Notes under the pieces: generated by a model
Database searches by the model: none
What the model was told of the DNA's origin: nothing
The model's input: only the letters and a program-made list of their open reading frames with translations
Assembly: GCA_902787375.1 (NCBI GenBank)
Contig: CADAGD010000013.1
Span: 3,375 to 67,374 of the forward strand
Direction of reading: 5' to 3'
From: an uncultured Eubacteriales bacterium
Lineage (GTDB): Bacteria > Bacillota > Clostridia > Christensenellales > CAG-138
Length of the DNA: 64,000 nucleotides
Shown here: piece after piece, positions 1-9,087 of the stretch
Layout: the number at the start of each line of letters is the position of its first letter
Position numbering within the stretch: position 1 is the stretch's first letter
Position numbers and translations under genes: made by a program

Positions 1-1082
1 GCATTCTCGGATTGTATTCGCTGGTATTCCCTATAAAGAAAGCCCAGCAGCTCATGGGTACGGGCGCATACCGTCTGGAGAGCATGACCGATGAATCCAT
101 AGTCCTGCGTGTAAATGAGAACTGGTGGGACAAGCAGCCTTTCATATCATCAGTCATATTTGTTGAGCGCGACTCTAACACCACCGCTCTCGCTTCATTC
201 GAGGCAGGGCAGCTCAACCTGGTTCCCACCGATATACTGACAGCGGGCAAGTATCTTGACGCGGGGATAACAAACGTATATGACATAATGACTCAGGATA
301 TGGAGGCTTTGCTTTTCAATGCTCAGAGCCGTGTTTTTTCAAACGCGCAGCTCAGGCTTGCGGTCGCTCACGGCATCAACCGCAACAGGATAATAACAAA
401 CGTATACATGAACCGCGCAAGAGCCGCGGATGTCCCGATTCCCCCGGATAATTGGCTGTATGACAGCCGCTCCGCCGTCCTCAATTACGATCCCGAAGCA
501 TCGGCACAGTTGATTGCCGATGCCGGATACACGATAACCTCTGACGAGGACGGGCTTCTCTACTCCAAGAACGGCGGCTCATTGAAAATAAAGCTTCTCA
601 CAAGCGCGACTACGGAAAACACGATAAGGAGCGACGCCGCGGCGATTATCGCCTCACAGTTGAATTCCCTTGGGTTCAATGTTGAGGTCGTTACCGCTTC
701 GCATACATTGGGCGATTCGGAAAGCGAATTCATAACCGCGCTTAAAGGCGGCGATTGGGATATTGCGCTTGTTGGGTTCAATCTCGCCATGAGCAATGAG
801 CTTTCAAGCTATATCGCCCCCGACGGTGAAAACAACTTCGGACATGTATCCGACGCTCTGCTTGTCTCCAAAGCAAACAAAATCGCCGAAGCGGAAAATG
901 AGGAGATGGCACGCGAAGCCGCCTATGAATTCCAGACATACTTTGTCGAGACCCTTCCCTTCTTTCCTCTGTATTTCAGGCTGAACAGCATTATATGCTC
1001 CGCCAATATAATAGGGCCAAACAGCGCAAGGGAACCCTTGCTGTTCTATGATGAAAAAAACTGGTTCATCACCGGGGATTAA
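1..1082 (+). CDS. ABC transporter substrate-binding protein, family 5 (peptide/nickel type), C-terminal part; 5' end outside window
   Basis: The frame stays open back to base 3, so the listed TTG at 12 is probably internal. The translation resembles OppA/DppA-type SBPs (GTGAYRLES, NENWWDKQP). The stop is followed by a hairpin terminator. Confidence 0.7.
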   Translation, partial: ILGLYSLVFPIKKAQQLMGTGAYRLESMTDESIVLRVNENWWDKQPFISSVIFVERDSNTTALASFEAGQLNLVPTDILTAGKYLDAGITNVYDIMTQDMEALLFNAQSRVFSNAQLRLAVAHGINRNRIITNVYMNRARAADVPIPPDNWLYDSRSAVLNYDPEASAQLIADAGYTITSDEDGLLYSKNGGSLKIKLLTSATTENTIRSDAAAIIASQLNSLGFNVEVVTASHTLGDSESEFITALKGGDWDIALVGFNLAMSNELSSYIAPDGENNFGHVSDALLVSKANKIAEAENEEMAREAAYEFQTYFVETLPFFPLYFRLNSIICSANIIGPNSAREPLLFYDEKNWFITGD

Positions 1083-1085
1083 AGC

Positions 1086-1127
1086 AATAAAAACTGCTGA
1101 AGCGCTTTTAACACTTCAGCATTTTTT
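1086..1127. terminator. Bidirectional intrinsic terminator between convergent genes
   Basis: 8-bp stem TGCTGAAG (1095-1102) / CTTCAGCA (1114-1121), with an A-run upstream and TTTTTT downstream. Confidence 0.6.
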
Positions 1128-1136
1128 AAACTCAGA

Positions 1137-1712
1137 TCAATCATTCATGCCGACCTTGGAGCCTCCGTCACCGAAAACCCATGTAAGGTCGGTATCCTTA
1201 TATGTCATTGTCATCTTCTCCTGCTCCAGTATCGTTATACGAGCCGTGAACCCTTCCTCTGTATCGGAATCCGTCATATAAGCCCAGAGCGTGCCTCCGT
1301 CAAGTATGCAAGTGCCTGCCGCGCCCGTTTCGCCAATGTACCATGATATTCTGCCGTCGGAGCGTATCTCCATGCCGCTGCCTTTATCATTTGCGCCCGG
1401 AAATACTTCACTCAGCTTTTCAAGGTCGGTATCGTCCGCAAGATGCCATGGCCCCACTATTTGCTCGAACTCGTACTTGACCTCATCCGTTTCATCGGGT
1501 TCTGCCGTTTCGGCAGTCGTTTCCGTTTCATTGGGCTTTGCCGTTTCTGCGGTTGTTTCCGTTTCTTCCGGTACTCCCGTTTCCTTTGTCTCCGCCGCTT
1601 CCGTGCTTTGAGCCTCCGGCGTGTTGAGTGCCGCGTCGGTTCCCTCCGGCTTTACACAGCCTATTGTGAGTCCCGCAAGAAGAACAGCGGCAATTACGAT
1701 TTTCGTTTTCAT
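1137..1712 (-). CDS. Lipoprotein of unknown function with acidic Thr/Glu-rich linker
   Basis: Signal peptide plus lipobox (MKTKIVIAAVLLAGLTIGC). AAAGAGG RBS upstream. The C-terminal ~110 aa form a globular domain with no motif I recognise. Confidence 0.7.
   Translation of the reverse strand: MKTKIVIAAVLLAGLTIGCVKPEGTDAALNTPEAQSTEAAETKETGVPEETETTAETAKPNETETTAETAEPDETDEVKYEFEQIVGPWHLADDTDLEKLSEVFPGANDKGSGMEIRSDGRISWYIGETGAAGTCILDGGTLWAYMTDSDTEEGFTARITILEQEKMTMTYKDTDLTWVFGDGGSKVGMND
1494..1565 (-). repeat. Tandem 2 x 36-bp in-frame repeat inside the lipoprotein gene
   Basis: Encodes ETETTAETAKPN followed by ETETTAETAEPD (residues 50-73). Confidence 0.8.
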
Positions 1713-1800
1713 TTACTTAACCTCTTTCATTTATGTTATCCGTATACAAACTATACCACAGCTTGAACAGGATGTCCACCATTAATCTTCTCTGTTTTGC

Positions 1801-1828
1801 TTGACAATTCCATCTTTCGGATTATAAT
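1801..1828 (+). promoter_or_regulatory. Sigma-A-type promoter for the sirtuin gene
   Basis: TTGACA (1801-1806), 16-nt spacer, TATAAT (1823-1828). A GGAGGG RBS lies before the ATG at 1855. Confidence 0.5.
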
Positions 1829-1854
1829 ATATATAAAAGCGAGGAGGGTATTAT

Positions 1855-2589
1855 ATGTCCGGATCAGATACACTTGTAAACATGATAAAAGACAGTCGGC
1901 GCATAGTCTTTCTTGGCGGCGCGGGCGTTTCTACAGAGAGCGGCATACCGGATTTTCGCAGCGAGAACGGCATATTCGACGCCATTCGTGAATACGGCTA
2001 TCCGCCCGAAACGCTGTTGTCGCGCTCCTTTTTCGACAGGAATCCCGAAGTGTTCTTCAAATACTACAAGAGTCTTCTTATGAGTTCCGACGCGAAGCCC
2101 AACAAGGCGCATCTTGCGCTTGCCAAGCTTGAGCAAATCGGAAAGCTTACGGCGGTCGCCACTCAGAACATAGACGGTCTGCACACCGCCGCAGGAAGCA
2201 AAAACGTCTATGAGCTTCACGGTTCGATAAAGCGCAATTACTGTATGCGCTGTCACAAATTCTATGACGACAGCTTTGTGGCAGCCTGTGACGGCGTACC
2301 CCACTGTTCCTGCGGAGGAATCGTAAAACCCGACGTCGTTCTCTATGAGGAGGGGCTTGATTCCGACACGTTGAGCGGCGCAATAACGCATATAACACGC
2401 GCCGATATGCTGATAGTCGGAGGAACATCCCTGCAAGTTTATCCGGCTGCCGGATTGATAGAATACTATTACGGAGATAAGCTTGTATTGATCAATAAAT
2501 CCATAACACAGTATGACGTTATCGCCAACCTTGTTATACACGACTCGATAGGAATGGTGCTTGATAAAGCCGTTGCCGGGCTTGGATAA
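1855..2589 (+). CDS. cobB: NAD-dependent protein deacylase, SIR2 family
   Basis: GAGVSTESGIPDFRS, TQNIDGLH, zinc cysteines CMRCH...CSCGG, and GTSLQVYPAA. The size (244 aa) fits a stand-alone sirtuin. Confidence 0.85.
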   Translation: MSGSDTLVNMIKDSRRIVFLGGAGVSTESGIPDFRSENGIFDAIREYGYPPETLLSRSFFDRNPEVFFKYYKSLLMSSDAKPNKAHLALAKLEQIGKLTAVATQNIDGLHTAAGSKNVYELHGSIKRNYCMRCHKFYDDSFVAACDGVPHCSCGGIVKPDVVLYEEGLDSDTLSGAITHITRADMLIVGGTSLQVYPAAGLIEYYYGDKLVLINKSITQYDVIANLVIHDSIGMVLDKAVAGLG

Positions 2590-2609
2590 TAAAAGCTTTT
2601 ATAAGGTTA

Positions 2610-2641
2610 CAAGCAGCAAATCTTTAACGACTTGCTGCTTG
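2610..2641. terminator. Hairpin between convergent genes (probable terminator)
   Basis: 10-bp stem CAAGCAGCAA (2610-2619) / TTGCTGCTTG (2632-2641). The tail GTATTGTGTG is only moderately U-rich. Confidence 0.45.
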
Positions 2642-2661
2642 TATTGTGTGTGATAGATGTT

Positions 2662-3783
2662 TTATTCTGTTTTTGCAAAGGAGTACAGCTCAGCAAAAAT
2701 CGCGGCATGATCTGAACCACTCAGACTTCTTGTTTCTGCATTTTTTACAGAGCAGCATTCAGGAAGCAAAATATGATCTATGGATGCGCGGAATAATGCC
2801 GGAAGTTTAACAGGCCATGTTCCTCTCTTGAAAACAGAAAGCGTTTCCAACGCATCATAATGATCTGCAATGAGATTTAGCGATCCGTGACGGAGCGTTG
2901 CGTTGAAATCACCTGCGATAATCGCATTCTTGTGAGTTCCTGTCAGCTCTGTAATCAGGTCGATATCCCTCTCCCAAATGCTCATCATACCCGGCAGCGG
3001 GGGCGATGTATGCAGACCGATTATATCCGGGATTTCCTCAGCGGGAGAGCTTAGATACACCGTCCCATACATAGTCATATCGTTCTTTGTCTTAACCTCA
3101 TATGAGGCAAAGGCTTTTTTAACAATAACCGTGACCGGAGCTATACTGCCGGCAGTAGGCGGTGATGAGAATACGTCATATAAATCCGCGTCTACTCCAC
3201 ATTCTTTAAAAATATCCTGTATACGCCGACTTGCACTTTCGCCTTTGGAATAACCTCCAAGCTCCGGAAATACAGCCACATCTGCATCAAAATCACAAAA
3301 AATGGTCTTCGCGCTATCCTTGTCCAAGCTATCCAGAGCATTCCACTCTACAAATTTAAATGTTTTTTCCAAATGCTCATCTGCTGTCGTTCGTCTTGAA
3401 TCGCTTCCGGATGTTGCATAGGCTGCAAATGAAACAGCGAGCAACGCACACATAGAAAAGTTAATCCAAAAAAATGTGTTTCTCTGCTCCGTTCTGCATA
3501 TAAGCAATACAATGACCGCAAGAGAGCAGAATGTTCCAATCGCGCCAAATAGTATTGGAAATGCGTAAAATTGAGCGAATCCGAATTTTGTCGATAAGCT
3601 CACGTTAAGTGCTGTTTTGTTTCCAAAAGTATATATCAAAACAACTGACAAAACCATCAAACAAGCCGCTATCCTTAGCGTAAGCCTTATTCCATTCATC
3701 TTATGTGTTTTTTTCATACTATCCACTACCATAGTCTCGTTATCGTCTGCCTTGTTTTTAAAAGATGCTAATAATTGCTCCAC
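2662..3783 (-). CDS. Membrane-anchored endonuclease/exonuclease/phosphatase (EEP) family protein
   Basis: C-terminal EEP motifs AGDFNATL, DHILLP and SGSDHAAIFAEL. The N-terminal ~125 aa contain several hydrophobic helices. The start is uncertain: the listed GTG at 3783 has no SD, and MKKTHK at 3717 is an alternative. Confidence 0.7.
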   Translation of the reverse strand: MEQLLASFKNKADDNETMVVDSMKKTHKMNGIRLTLRIAACLMVLSVVLIYTFGNKTALNVSLSTKFGFAQFYAFPILFGAIGTFCSLAVIVLLICRTEQRNTFFWINFSMCALLAVSFAAYATSGSDSRRTTADEHLEKTFKFVEWNALDSLDKDSAKTIFCDFDADVAVFPELGGYSKGESASRRIQDIFKECGVDADLYDVFSSPPTAGSIAPVTVIVKKAFASYEVKTKNDMTMYGTVYLSSPAEEIPDIIGLHTSPPLPGMMSIWERDIDLITELTGTHKNAIIAGDFNATLRHGSLNLIADHYDALETLSVFKRGTWPVKLPALFRASIDHILLPECCSVKNAETRSLSGSDHAAIFAELYSFAKTE

Positions 3784-3789
3784 AGTATC

Positions 3790-3829
3790 AAAGGGATGCC
3801 CGCACGGATTTGTAAGGCATCCCTTTTTT
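3790..3829. terminator. Strong hairpin just downstream of the ABC permease stop; U-tract lies on the + strand
   Basis: 11-bp stem AAAGGGATGCC (3790-3800) / GGCATCCCTTT (3816-3826) followed by TTT on the + strand. On the - strand only UUUGAU follows the stem. Confidence 0.5.
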
Positions 3830-3841
3830 CATTTGTCAATA

Positions 3842-5980
3842 TTAAAACTTCTCGCAATCATACTCATATTTTCTGATCAGCTCATTAAGTCTTGCGTAAT
3901 CCTCATCAGACGCGAGCTTTACCGAAGCGGTCGCCCTTGTGTAATTGGCTCCATATGCACGAGTCAGCTCACCGTCCCCGATTCCATTCGCATCTATCGT
4001 AACTATCAAATAGTTATTTACATCGGTGGAAAGGCTTGCTCTCGAAAGAATACTGATTATCTCGCAGTATTCGGGATTTACCTCTGCGGGTATGCCCGCC
4101 TCATACACATATTCCGTATCGGAATAGTATTCATTATACTCGTCATACTCCCAATCACGGTTCTGCTCATCAATATAATTTGATTCGCCCTCGTCCACAT
4201 AGGGTGTTTCGGCTACGGGATTCTCTGTTACCTTTACCCTTTTGAAAATCAAATCCCATGAAGAAATCCGTACAAATGAACCTTCACCTTCTCCTTTCAA
4301 TTCCAGAGTGTATGATACGGATTCATCCTCTCGCTTAGTCCAATCCTCGAAAGAGTCTATGAGCTTTAATGCCTTCTCACCCTCATTATCGTTGATAAAA
4401 CCAAGATACATCTCAAGCGTTTTCGGCAGGCTGTTGTCTAAAGGGAAATTATAGTGATAGTTGTCAATTCCCACGCATCCGACAAGTGTTATGGAAGGCT
4501 CTCCCGTATACCACGAGCCGTCCAAAAGGCTTGCTCTTTCCTTGGTGGAAAGCTCGGCAAACTCCTTCTCAAGAGTCCTTGCAAGCATATTCGTTTGCTC
4601 CGCGCTCATTCCCTTACAATGATAATAATTCCTGCCACCGGGATACCCGGCTTGGGCTTCAGAAAAGCTCTTATTTCTCATAAGCAGCGATTCAAGCTGC
4701 ATTGACTCCTCAATCGTCAACTCCATCTGTTTTACGCTTTTGGAGCCGTCCTTATAGCTCAATTCAATTTCGTAGTCATAAAAAGCATTATCATTTGCTT
4801 TGCTCTCACTTGCCTTTTCAAACAACTCAAACACATCGTAATCAGTTATTACTATATCGTATGTTTTGATGTCGGCATATTTTATGTAGTCACCATCGCT
4901 AATTGGCTTTATCCGGACAGACGCTATATTTGAAGCATCTATCGGTTGCCGTATATTTATCCCGTCATACGTTTTCGGCACAATCAGGACCAAACCCGCA
5001 AGAACTATGTCCACTATAAAGAGGGGCATTGCTTTGAGCATTTTGGTCGCGCTTTTTGTGGAGATCAGCTCATACATGCAGTAGATAACAAATGACAGTA
5101 CGCCAAAGAACAGTAAGGGCTCAAAGCCTCTTATAAGCAAAATGGGAATAAGAAGTATTGGGAAGCATACGAATGTGCGTATTACAGTCTGAACAAGCCA
5201 TGACGAGGACGCATTTCCCGCAAGCTCCGACTTTCTTCTCTTGAACGCAAGCTTGCCAAGCAACAGGAGTACGATGGAATAAGCAAAAGTATAGAGCATT
5301 GCCCACACATTGGTAAAGGATACTCTCATACTCACAAGACCATATGGCATGGCAATCAGATTATAGGACGGATCGACAAGGAGAATCTGATTACTGCGTA
5401 AGAATAATGTCCCACTCTCATTCATAACGCTTATGGCTGCAAATATCAATCTCGGTATGAACAGTATCACAAGCGCGGCGGACATGTTAGAGAACCATGT
5501 GCCGGTCACAGCGCACGCAAGAGAAACCGCGCCGATTATCTCCAATGCCGCTATAAGCATGTTCACGATAACGCACCCATACATGAGATAATTGAACGGC
5601 TCATTCATTACCAATGCCGTCAAAGCCCTGACGCCAGTACCTGCCAGAATGCCAATGCACATCCACACGAAAATCGCCAGTACCGTTGAGGTATAGAGCT
5701 GTGTTCTTGAAAGCGGTATGCTGTGGTAAAAATCGCTCTTTGACCTCTTATTGAGCCATCCGAAAGCCATGATCGGCAGCATGAAGCCCGCGATATATAT
5801 GTAGATGATAGGAGCAATGGATAGCTCCAGAGCCGAGGGAATGCCGAACTCAGCACTTGTAATCCTTATTATGGCTATCAATATGCTAAACAGCACAAAG
5901 ACGCCGCCCGAAACCGCTCCGGGGACGGTCAACTGTCTGAATACTTCATGGAAAAAGCTTTTGCTGAACACCCGTTTCAT
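3842..5980 (-). CDS. ABC-2-type transporter permease fused to a ~370-aa non-membrane C-terminal domain
   Basis: The first ~340 aa are strongly hydrophobic and multi-helical; the rest is acidic and Tyr/Asn-rich. The start overlaps the ATPase stop (TAATG), with a GAGGAGG RBS. Confidence 0.7.
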   Translation of the reverse strand: MKRVFSKSFFHEVFRQLTVPGAVSGGVFVLFSILIAIIRITSAEFGIPSALELSIAPIIYIYIAGFMLPIMAFGWLNKRSKSDFYHSIPLSRTQLYTSTVLAIFVWMCIGILAGTGVRALTALVMNEPFNYLMYGCVIVNMLIAALEIIGAVSLACAVTGTWFSNMSAALVILFIPRLIFAAISVMNESGTLFLRSNQILLVDPSYNLIAMPYGLVSMRVSFTNVWAMLYTFAYSIVLLLLGKLAFKRRKSELAGNASSSWLVQTVIRTFVCFPILLIPILLIRGFEPLLFFGVLSFVIYCMYELISTKSATKMLKAMPLFIVDIVLAGLVLIVPKTYDGINIRQPIDASNIASVRIKPISDGDYIKYADIKTYDIVITDYDVFELFEKASESKANDNAFYDYEIELSYKDGSKSVKQMELTIEESMQLESLLMRNKSFSEAQAGYPGGRNYYHCKGMSAEQTNMLARTLEKEFAELSTKERASLLDGSWYTGEPSITLVGCVGIDNYHYNFPLDNSLPKTLEMYLGFINDNEGEKALKLIDSFEDWTKREDESVSYTLELKGEGEGSFVRISSWDLIFKRVKVTENPVAETPYVDEGESNYIDEQNRDWEYDEYNEYYSDTEYVYEAGIPAEVNPEYCEIISILSRASLSTDVNNYLIVTIDANGIGDGELTRAYGANYTRATASVKLASDEDYARLNELIRKYEYDCEKF

Positions 5981-6891
5981 TATAACACCTCCTCTTTCAA
6001 CACATCGGAAAACTCATAACCGAGCGCATCCATCTCAAACACGAATATCTCCTCAAGCGACAGGGGGACTATCTCAAGCAGTACAGGATTCATTGTCTTG
6101 AGCCTGCTCGTCGTTTCCTCCGCGTTGCCGCGTGCGATTATCGATGAAACGCTGCCCTGCTTTGTGAACGAGAGTATGTCAAAATCATTGAACATGCTTC
6201 TGTCATATGGCTTATCAAACGCGACCTGAATCTTATAGAGGGATGTTTTGAGATCGTTTATCTCGTTCTCAAACACGATGCCTCCCTTATGCAGCAGGGC
6301 AAGCTGATCGCATGTGTCCTCCAACTCACGAAGCGAATGGCTTGTTATGACCGCCGTCGCATTGCGCTCCATGACGTCATTGTAAAGCATGCTCCTGACG
6401 AGGTTTCGCATTACGGGGTCAAGTCCGTCAAATGTTTCATCGAACAGTATGTAATCGGCATTGCATGACAGCGCGAGTATCGTCGCCGCCTGCCTCTTCA
6501 TGCCCTTCGAGAATGTCGAAATCGCAGAATTTGGATTGAGCTTGAATACGCCCAAAAGTTCCTTGTACCTATCATATGAGAAACGCTCATAAACCGATGA
6601 ATAGAGCTTTGACATTCGATTCAGCGTTGCTCCTGGCAGGAAGTAAAGCTCATCAGGGACGAATACTATTCGGTTCTTCATAGTCGTGTTATCATAAACT
6701 GCCTCACCTTCAACCTCAACACTTCCCCCGTCCGGCTTGTAAATGCCTGTAATAAGGCGCATAAGCGTCGATTTGCCGGCTCCGTTCGAGCCGACCATAC
6801 CATATATGCAGCCCTTGGGTATCTTACAGCTCATGGAGTCCAGAGCCTTAAAACTCCCAAATTGCTTTGTAACGTTATTTACCGTTATCAT
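5980..6891 (-). CDS. ABC transporter ATP-binding protein
   Basis: Walker A GSNGAGKST, signature-like FSKGMKRQ, Walker B ILFDETFDGLD, H-loop ITSHS. ATGA overlap with the upstream GntR gene. Confidence 0.9.
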   Translation of the reverse strand: MITVNNVTKQFGSFKALDSMSCKIPKGCIYGMVGSNGAGKSTLMRLITGIYKPDGGSVEVEGEAVYDNTTMKNRIVFVPDELYFLPGATLNRMSKLYSSVYERFSYDRYKELLGVFKLNPNSAISTFSKGMKRQAATILALSCNADYILFDETFDGLDPVMRNLVRSMLYNDVMERNATAVITSHSLRELEDTCDQLALLHKGGIVFENEINDLKTSLYKIQVAFDKPYDRSMFNDFDILSFTKQGSVSSIIARGNAEETTSRLKTMNPVLLEIVPLSLEEIFVFEMDALGYEFSDVLKEEVL

Positions 6892-7283
6892 AAATCCTCT
6901 TTCCTTTCCATGTTGTCCGATACATCATAAGCCCTCTTTACTACCTCCAAAACGCTGTTCATTGGGACGCCCTTCTGTCTTAGGGACGTAACCAATGCCT
7001 CAAGCTCCGCCGTTTGTGACAGCGATTGCTCTCTCAGCTTTTTTAAAGCATCAGGCGAAATGAATCTTCCATTCCCCGGCACCGAGTAGCATAGTCCGCG
7101 GCGTTCTATCTCCGTATACGCCCTTTGCAGCGTGTTTGGGTTTATGTTGAGATGCTGCGACAGGTATCTGACAGAGGGCAGCTTGCCATCCTCTCCGATA
7201 TCCCCGCTCAGTATACATGACTCAAACTGCTCTATAAGCTGCTCATACAGCGGCGTTCTCGACATCTTATCTATGTTAAACAT
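6888..7283 (-). CDS. GntR-family (YtrA-like, short) transcriptional regulator
   Basis: Winged-HTH string LPSVRYLSQHLNINPNTLQRAYTEIERRGL. It is 131 aa and is the first gene of a GntR-ABC operon. Confidence 0.85.
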   Translation of the reverse strand: MFNIDKMSRTPLYEQLIEQFESCILSGDIGEDGKLPSVRYLSQHLNINPNTLQRAYTEIERRGLCYSVPGNGRFISPDALKKLREQSLSQTAELEALVTSLRQKGVPMNSVLEVVKRAYDVSDNMERKEDL

Positions 7284-7317
7284 ACCACTCCTCCTCTCTG
7301 TATCTACTGTACTAATA

Positions 7318-7346
7318 ATATTAACACACTTGAAACACTATGTCAA
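7318..7346 (-). promoter_or_regulatory. Sigma-A-type promoter of the GntR-ABC operon
   Basis: On the minus strand: TTGACA (7341-7346), 17-nt spacer, TAATAT (7318-7323). A GAGAGGAGGAG RBS lies before the ATG at 7283. Confidence 0.5.
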
Positions 7347-7348
7347 TA

Positions 7349-7390
7349 AGAAAAATAAAAAATCCCGCCGACTTTTTGTCATGCGGGATT
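7349..7390 (-). terminator. Intrinsic terminator of the 535-aa lipoprotein gene
   Basis: Stem AATCCCGC (7361-7368) / GCGGGATT (7383-7390). On the minus strand it is followed by TTTTTTATTTTT. Confidence 0.7.
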
Positions 7391-7445
7391 CCTTATTCCT
7401 TACTGTAGATTCAGACTATGCACCGAAGCTTTTTTTGCTGAACCA

Positions 7446-9053
7446 TTACTGCTGATAGAAGGGAGTGAGTATGTGTTCATAGATGCTGATTTTGGTCTTG
7501 TCCTTCCACTCGGTGAACTTCTCGGCATACTTTTCGGATTCGATGCTCGCTCTCTTTGCCTCTTTGAAGTACTCGAATATCTCCTTCATGGTGAGAACGG
7601 TATCCTCTTCCTCCTCAGCTTTCTCGGCATCTTCCGCGGCTTCATCGTTCTCCTCGGAATCGGAGGCGGCAGCCTTAACATGGCTGAGAGTATCGTTGAC
7701 AGCGTCGAGCTGAGCCTGTGTCATATGACCGTTGGCTGTGACAATGCCCTCGGAATCGGTGACAAGCTCATCGCCGTTATACAGGGGGAGCATCATGTAA
7801 CCGTCAGCATCATACATATTGAATATGTCGTTGGTGTTGATGATTATGTAATGAACTCCTGCCTTCGAGAAGACCTTGGCGATCTTTGTGCTGTCGGCAA
7901 GTGTAAAGAACTCAACATGGTAATCCTTGGATTCTTCCACGGTGGAGGTTTCCGTACCCTCGGTCTTGGGCTCCCAGCCCTCACCGAAGTTGAGCTTCAT
8001 AGCGGCATAACCGAAGCCGTCATAGTAAGAGCTGATAAGCTCCTCCTGCATCATATAACCGAAGAACTGTACGGACTCCCTGAGCATACCGGGATCCTCA
8101 CATACATCCTTATCGAAGCACTTAGCAAGGAAATCCTCGGCCTTCATTTCGGGGAACTGTGCCTCAAGCTCCTCCATCTTCTTGGTAAGCTCTTCATCCT
8201 TCTTTGCATAGGCAACGAGATCGTTCGCATCCTCATCGGTTGCCTCTGTCTCGAACTTCATCAGAAGGTGCTGTACGCTGAATATGCTGCCATATGGATT
8301 GGCTTCCTTTGCTTCATCGACGTCCGCTGTTTCGGGATCATCCTCAACGGCATTTTCGGGATGAGGAATGCTGAGAGGAATTGCCTTTGATGATGCGGAT
8401 GTGAAGTTGTCAAATGCGCTCTTGAATGAAGCAACGGTAACAGCAGCGGAATTATCCTCAAAATACTTCTTCATGTCGTCGTCCGTTACGGTAATCTCGC
8501 CAACGTTGAGCTTGCGAAGCTTTTCGATGAGAGCATTGTTGCGGAGACCTTCCACAATGCCCTTACGATATTCCTCATAATTAGAGCCGTTATCGGTAAG
8601 CTCCTTCTTGAGAAGCTCAATAGCCGCATCAGCCTTTGCCTGCTCCTCGGTTATGCTCGCGTCCACATCATTTCCGTATGTGCTTACGGCATATTCCTTG
8701 ATATTATCGTCAGCCTTCTGCTGAACCTCCGCCTCTTCGCTCTCGTCCAGAGTGATATTCTGAACCTTGACCTGGTCGAGCTGCAATCCGTAATTTACGG
8801 CATCCTCAAGTATGTACTTGGCATACTGCTCGCGGGTAATCGCACCGTACTGCATATAAGCATAGTAGGGATTTGTGTTGGTGTCCGTATTATTGTAGAG
8901 GGAGTAGAAGCGGTTGAGGTCTATATCAACGCTTCCAACCTTGGCAATAATGGGGTTCGTGTTATACGAGCTTACGCAACCTACAAGGCCGGCTGACATT
9001 GCAACAAGCATTACGATCGCGAGAAAACGTGTGATTGCCTTACTGGTTTTCAT
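7446..9053 (-). CDS. Large acidic lipoprotein, possibly SurA-N/PrsA-like foldase
   Basis: Lipobox MLVAMSAGLVGC. The N-terminal part (IAKVGSVDIDLNRFYSLY) resembles SurA-N/PrsA N-domains. I could not recognise a clear parvulin core. Confidence 0.55.
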   Translation of the reverse strand: MKTSKAITRFLAIVMLVAMSAGLVGCVSSYNTNPIIAKVGSVDIDLNRFYSLYNNTDTNTNPYYAYMQYGAITREQYAKYILEDAVNYGLQLDQVKVQNITLDESEEAEVQQKADDNIKEYAVSTYGNDVDASITEEQAKADAAIELLKKELTDNGSNYEEYRKGIVEGLRNNALIEKLRKLNVGEITVTDDDMKKYFEDNSAAVTVASFKSAFDNFTSASSKAIPLSIPHPENAVEDDPETADVDEAKEANPYGSIFSVQHLLMKFETEATDEDANDLVAYAKKDEELTKKMEELEAQFPEMKAEDFLAKCFDKDVCEDPGMLRESVQFFGYMMQEELISSYYDGFGYAAMKLNFGEGWEPKTEGTETSTVEESKDYHVEFFTLADSTKIAKVFSKAGVHYIIINTNDIFNMYDADGYMMLPLYNGDELVTDSEGIVTANGHMTQAQLDAVNDTLSHVKAAASDSEENDEAAEDAEKAEEEEDTVLTMKEIFEYFKEAKRASIESEKYAEKFTEWKDKTKISIYEHILTPFYQQ

Positions 9054-9087
9054 TTTTTTCTCCTTTGATTTAGATAAAATACCTGAT

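Noticed and set aside
1855-2589. The SIR2-family gene as a possible anti-phage (Thoeris/DSR-like) effector.
   Set aside because: It is a 244-aa stand-alone sirtuin with complete NAD-binding and zinc-ribbon motifs and no fused sensor, TIR, SLOG or helicase partner. Its neighbours are a lipoprotein and a hydrolase. It looks like a housekeeping CobB-type deacylase.
7296-7313. The direct repeat TACAG-N4-TACAG (minus strand) between the GntR operon -10 element and its RBS, as a possible autoregulatory operator.
   Set aside because: The units are only 5 bp, which is too short to distinguish from chance without comparative data.
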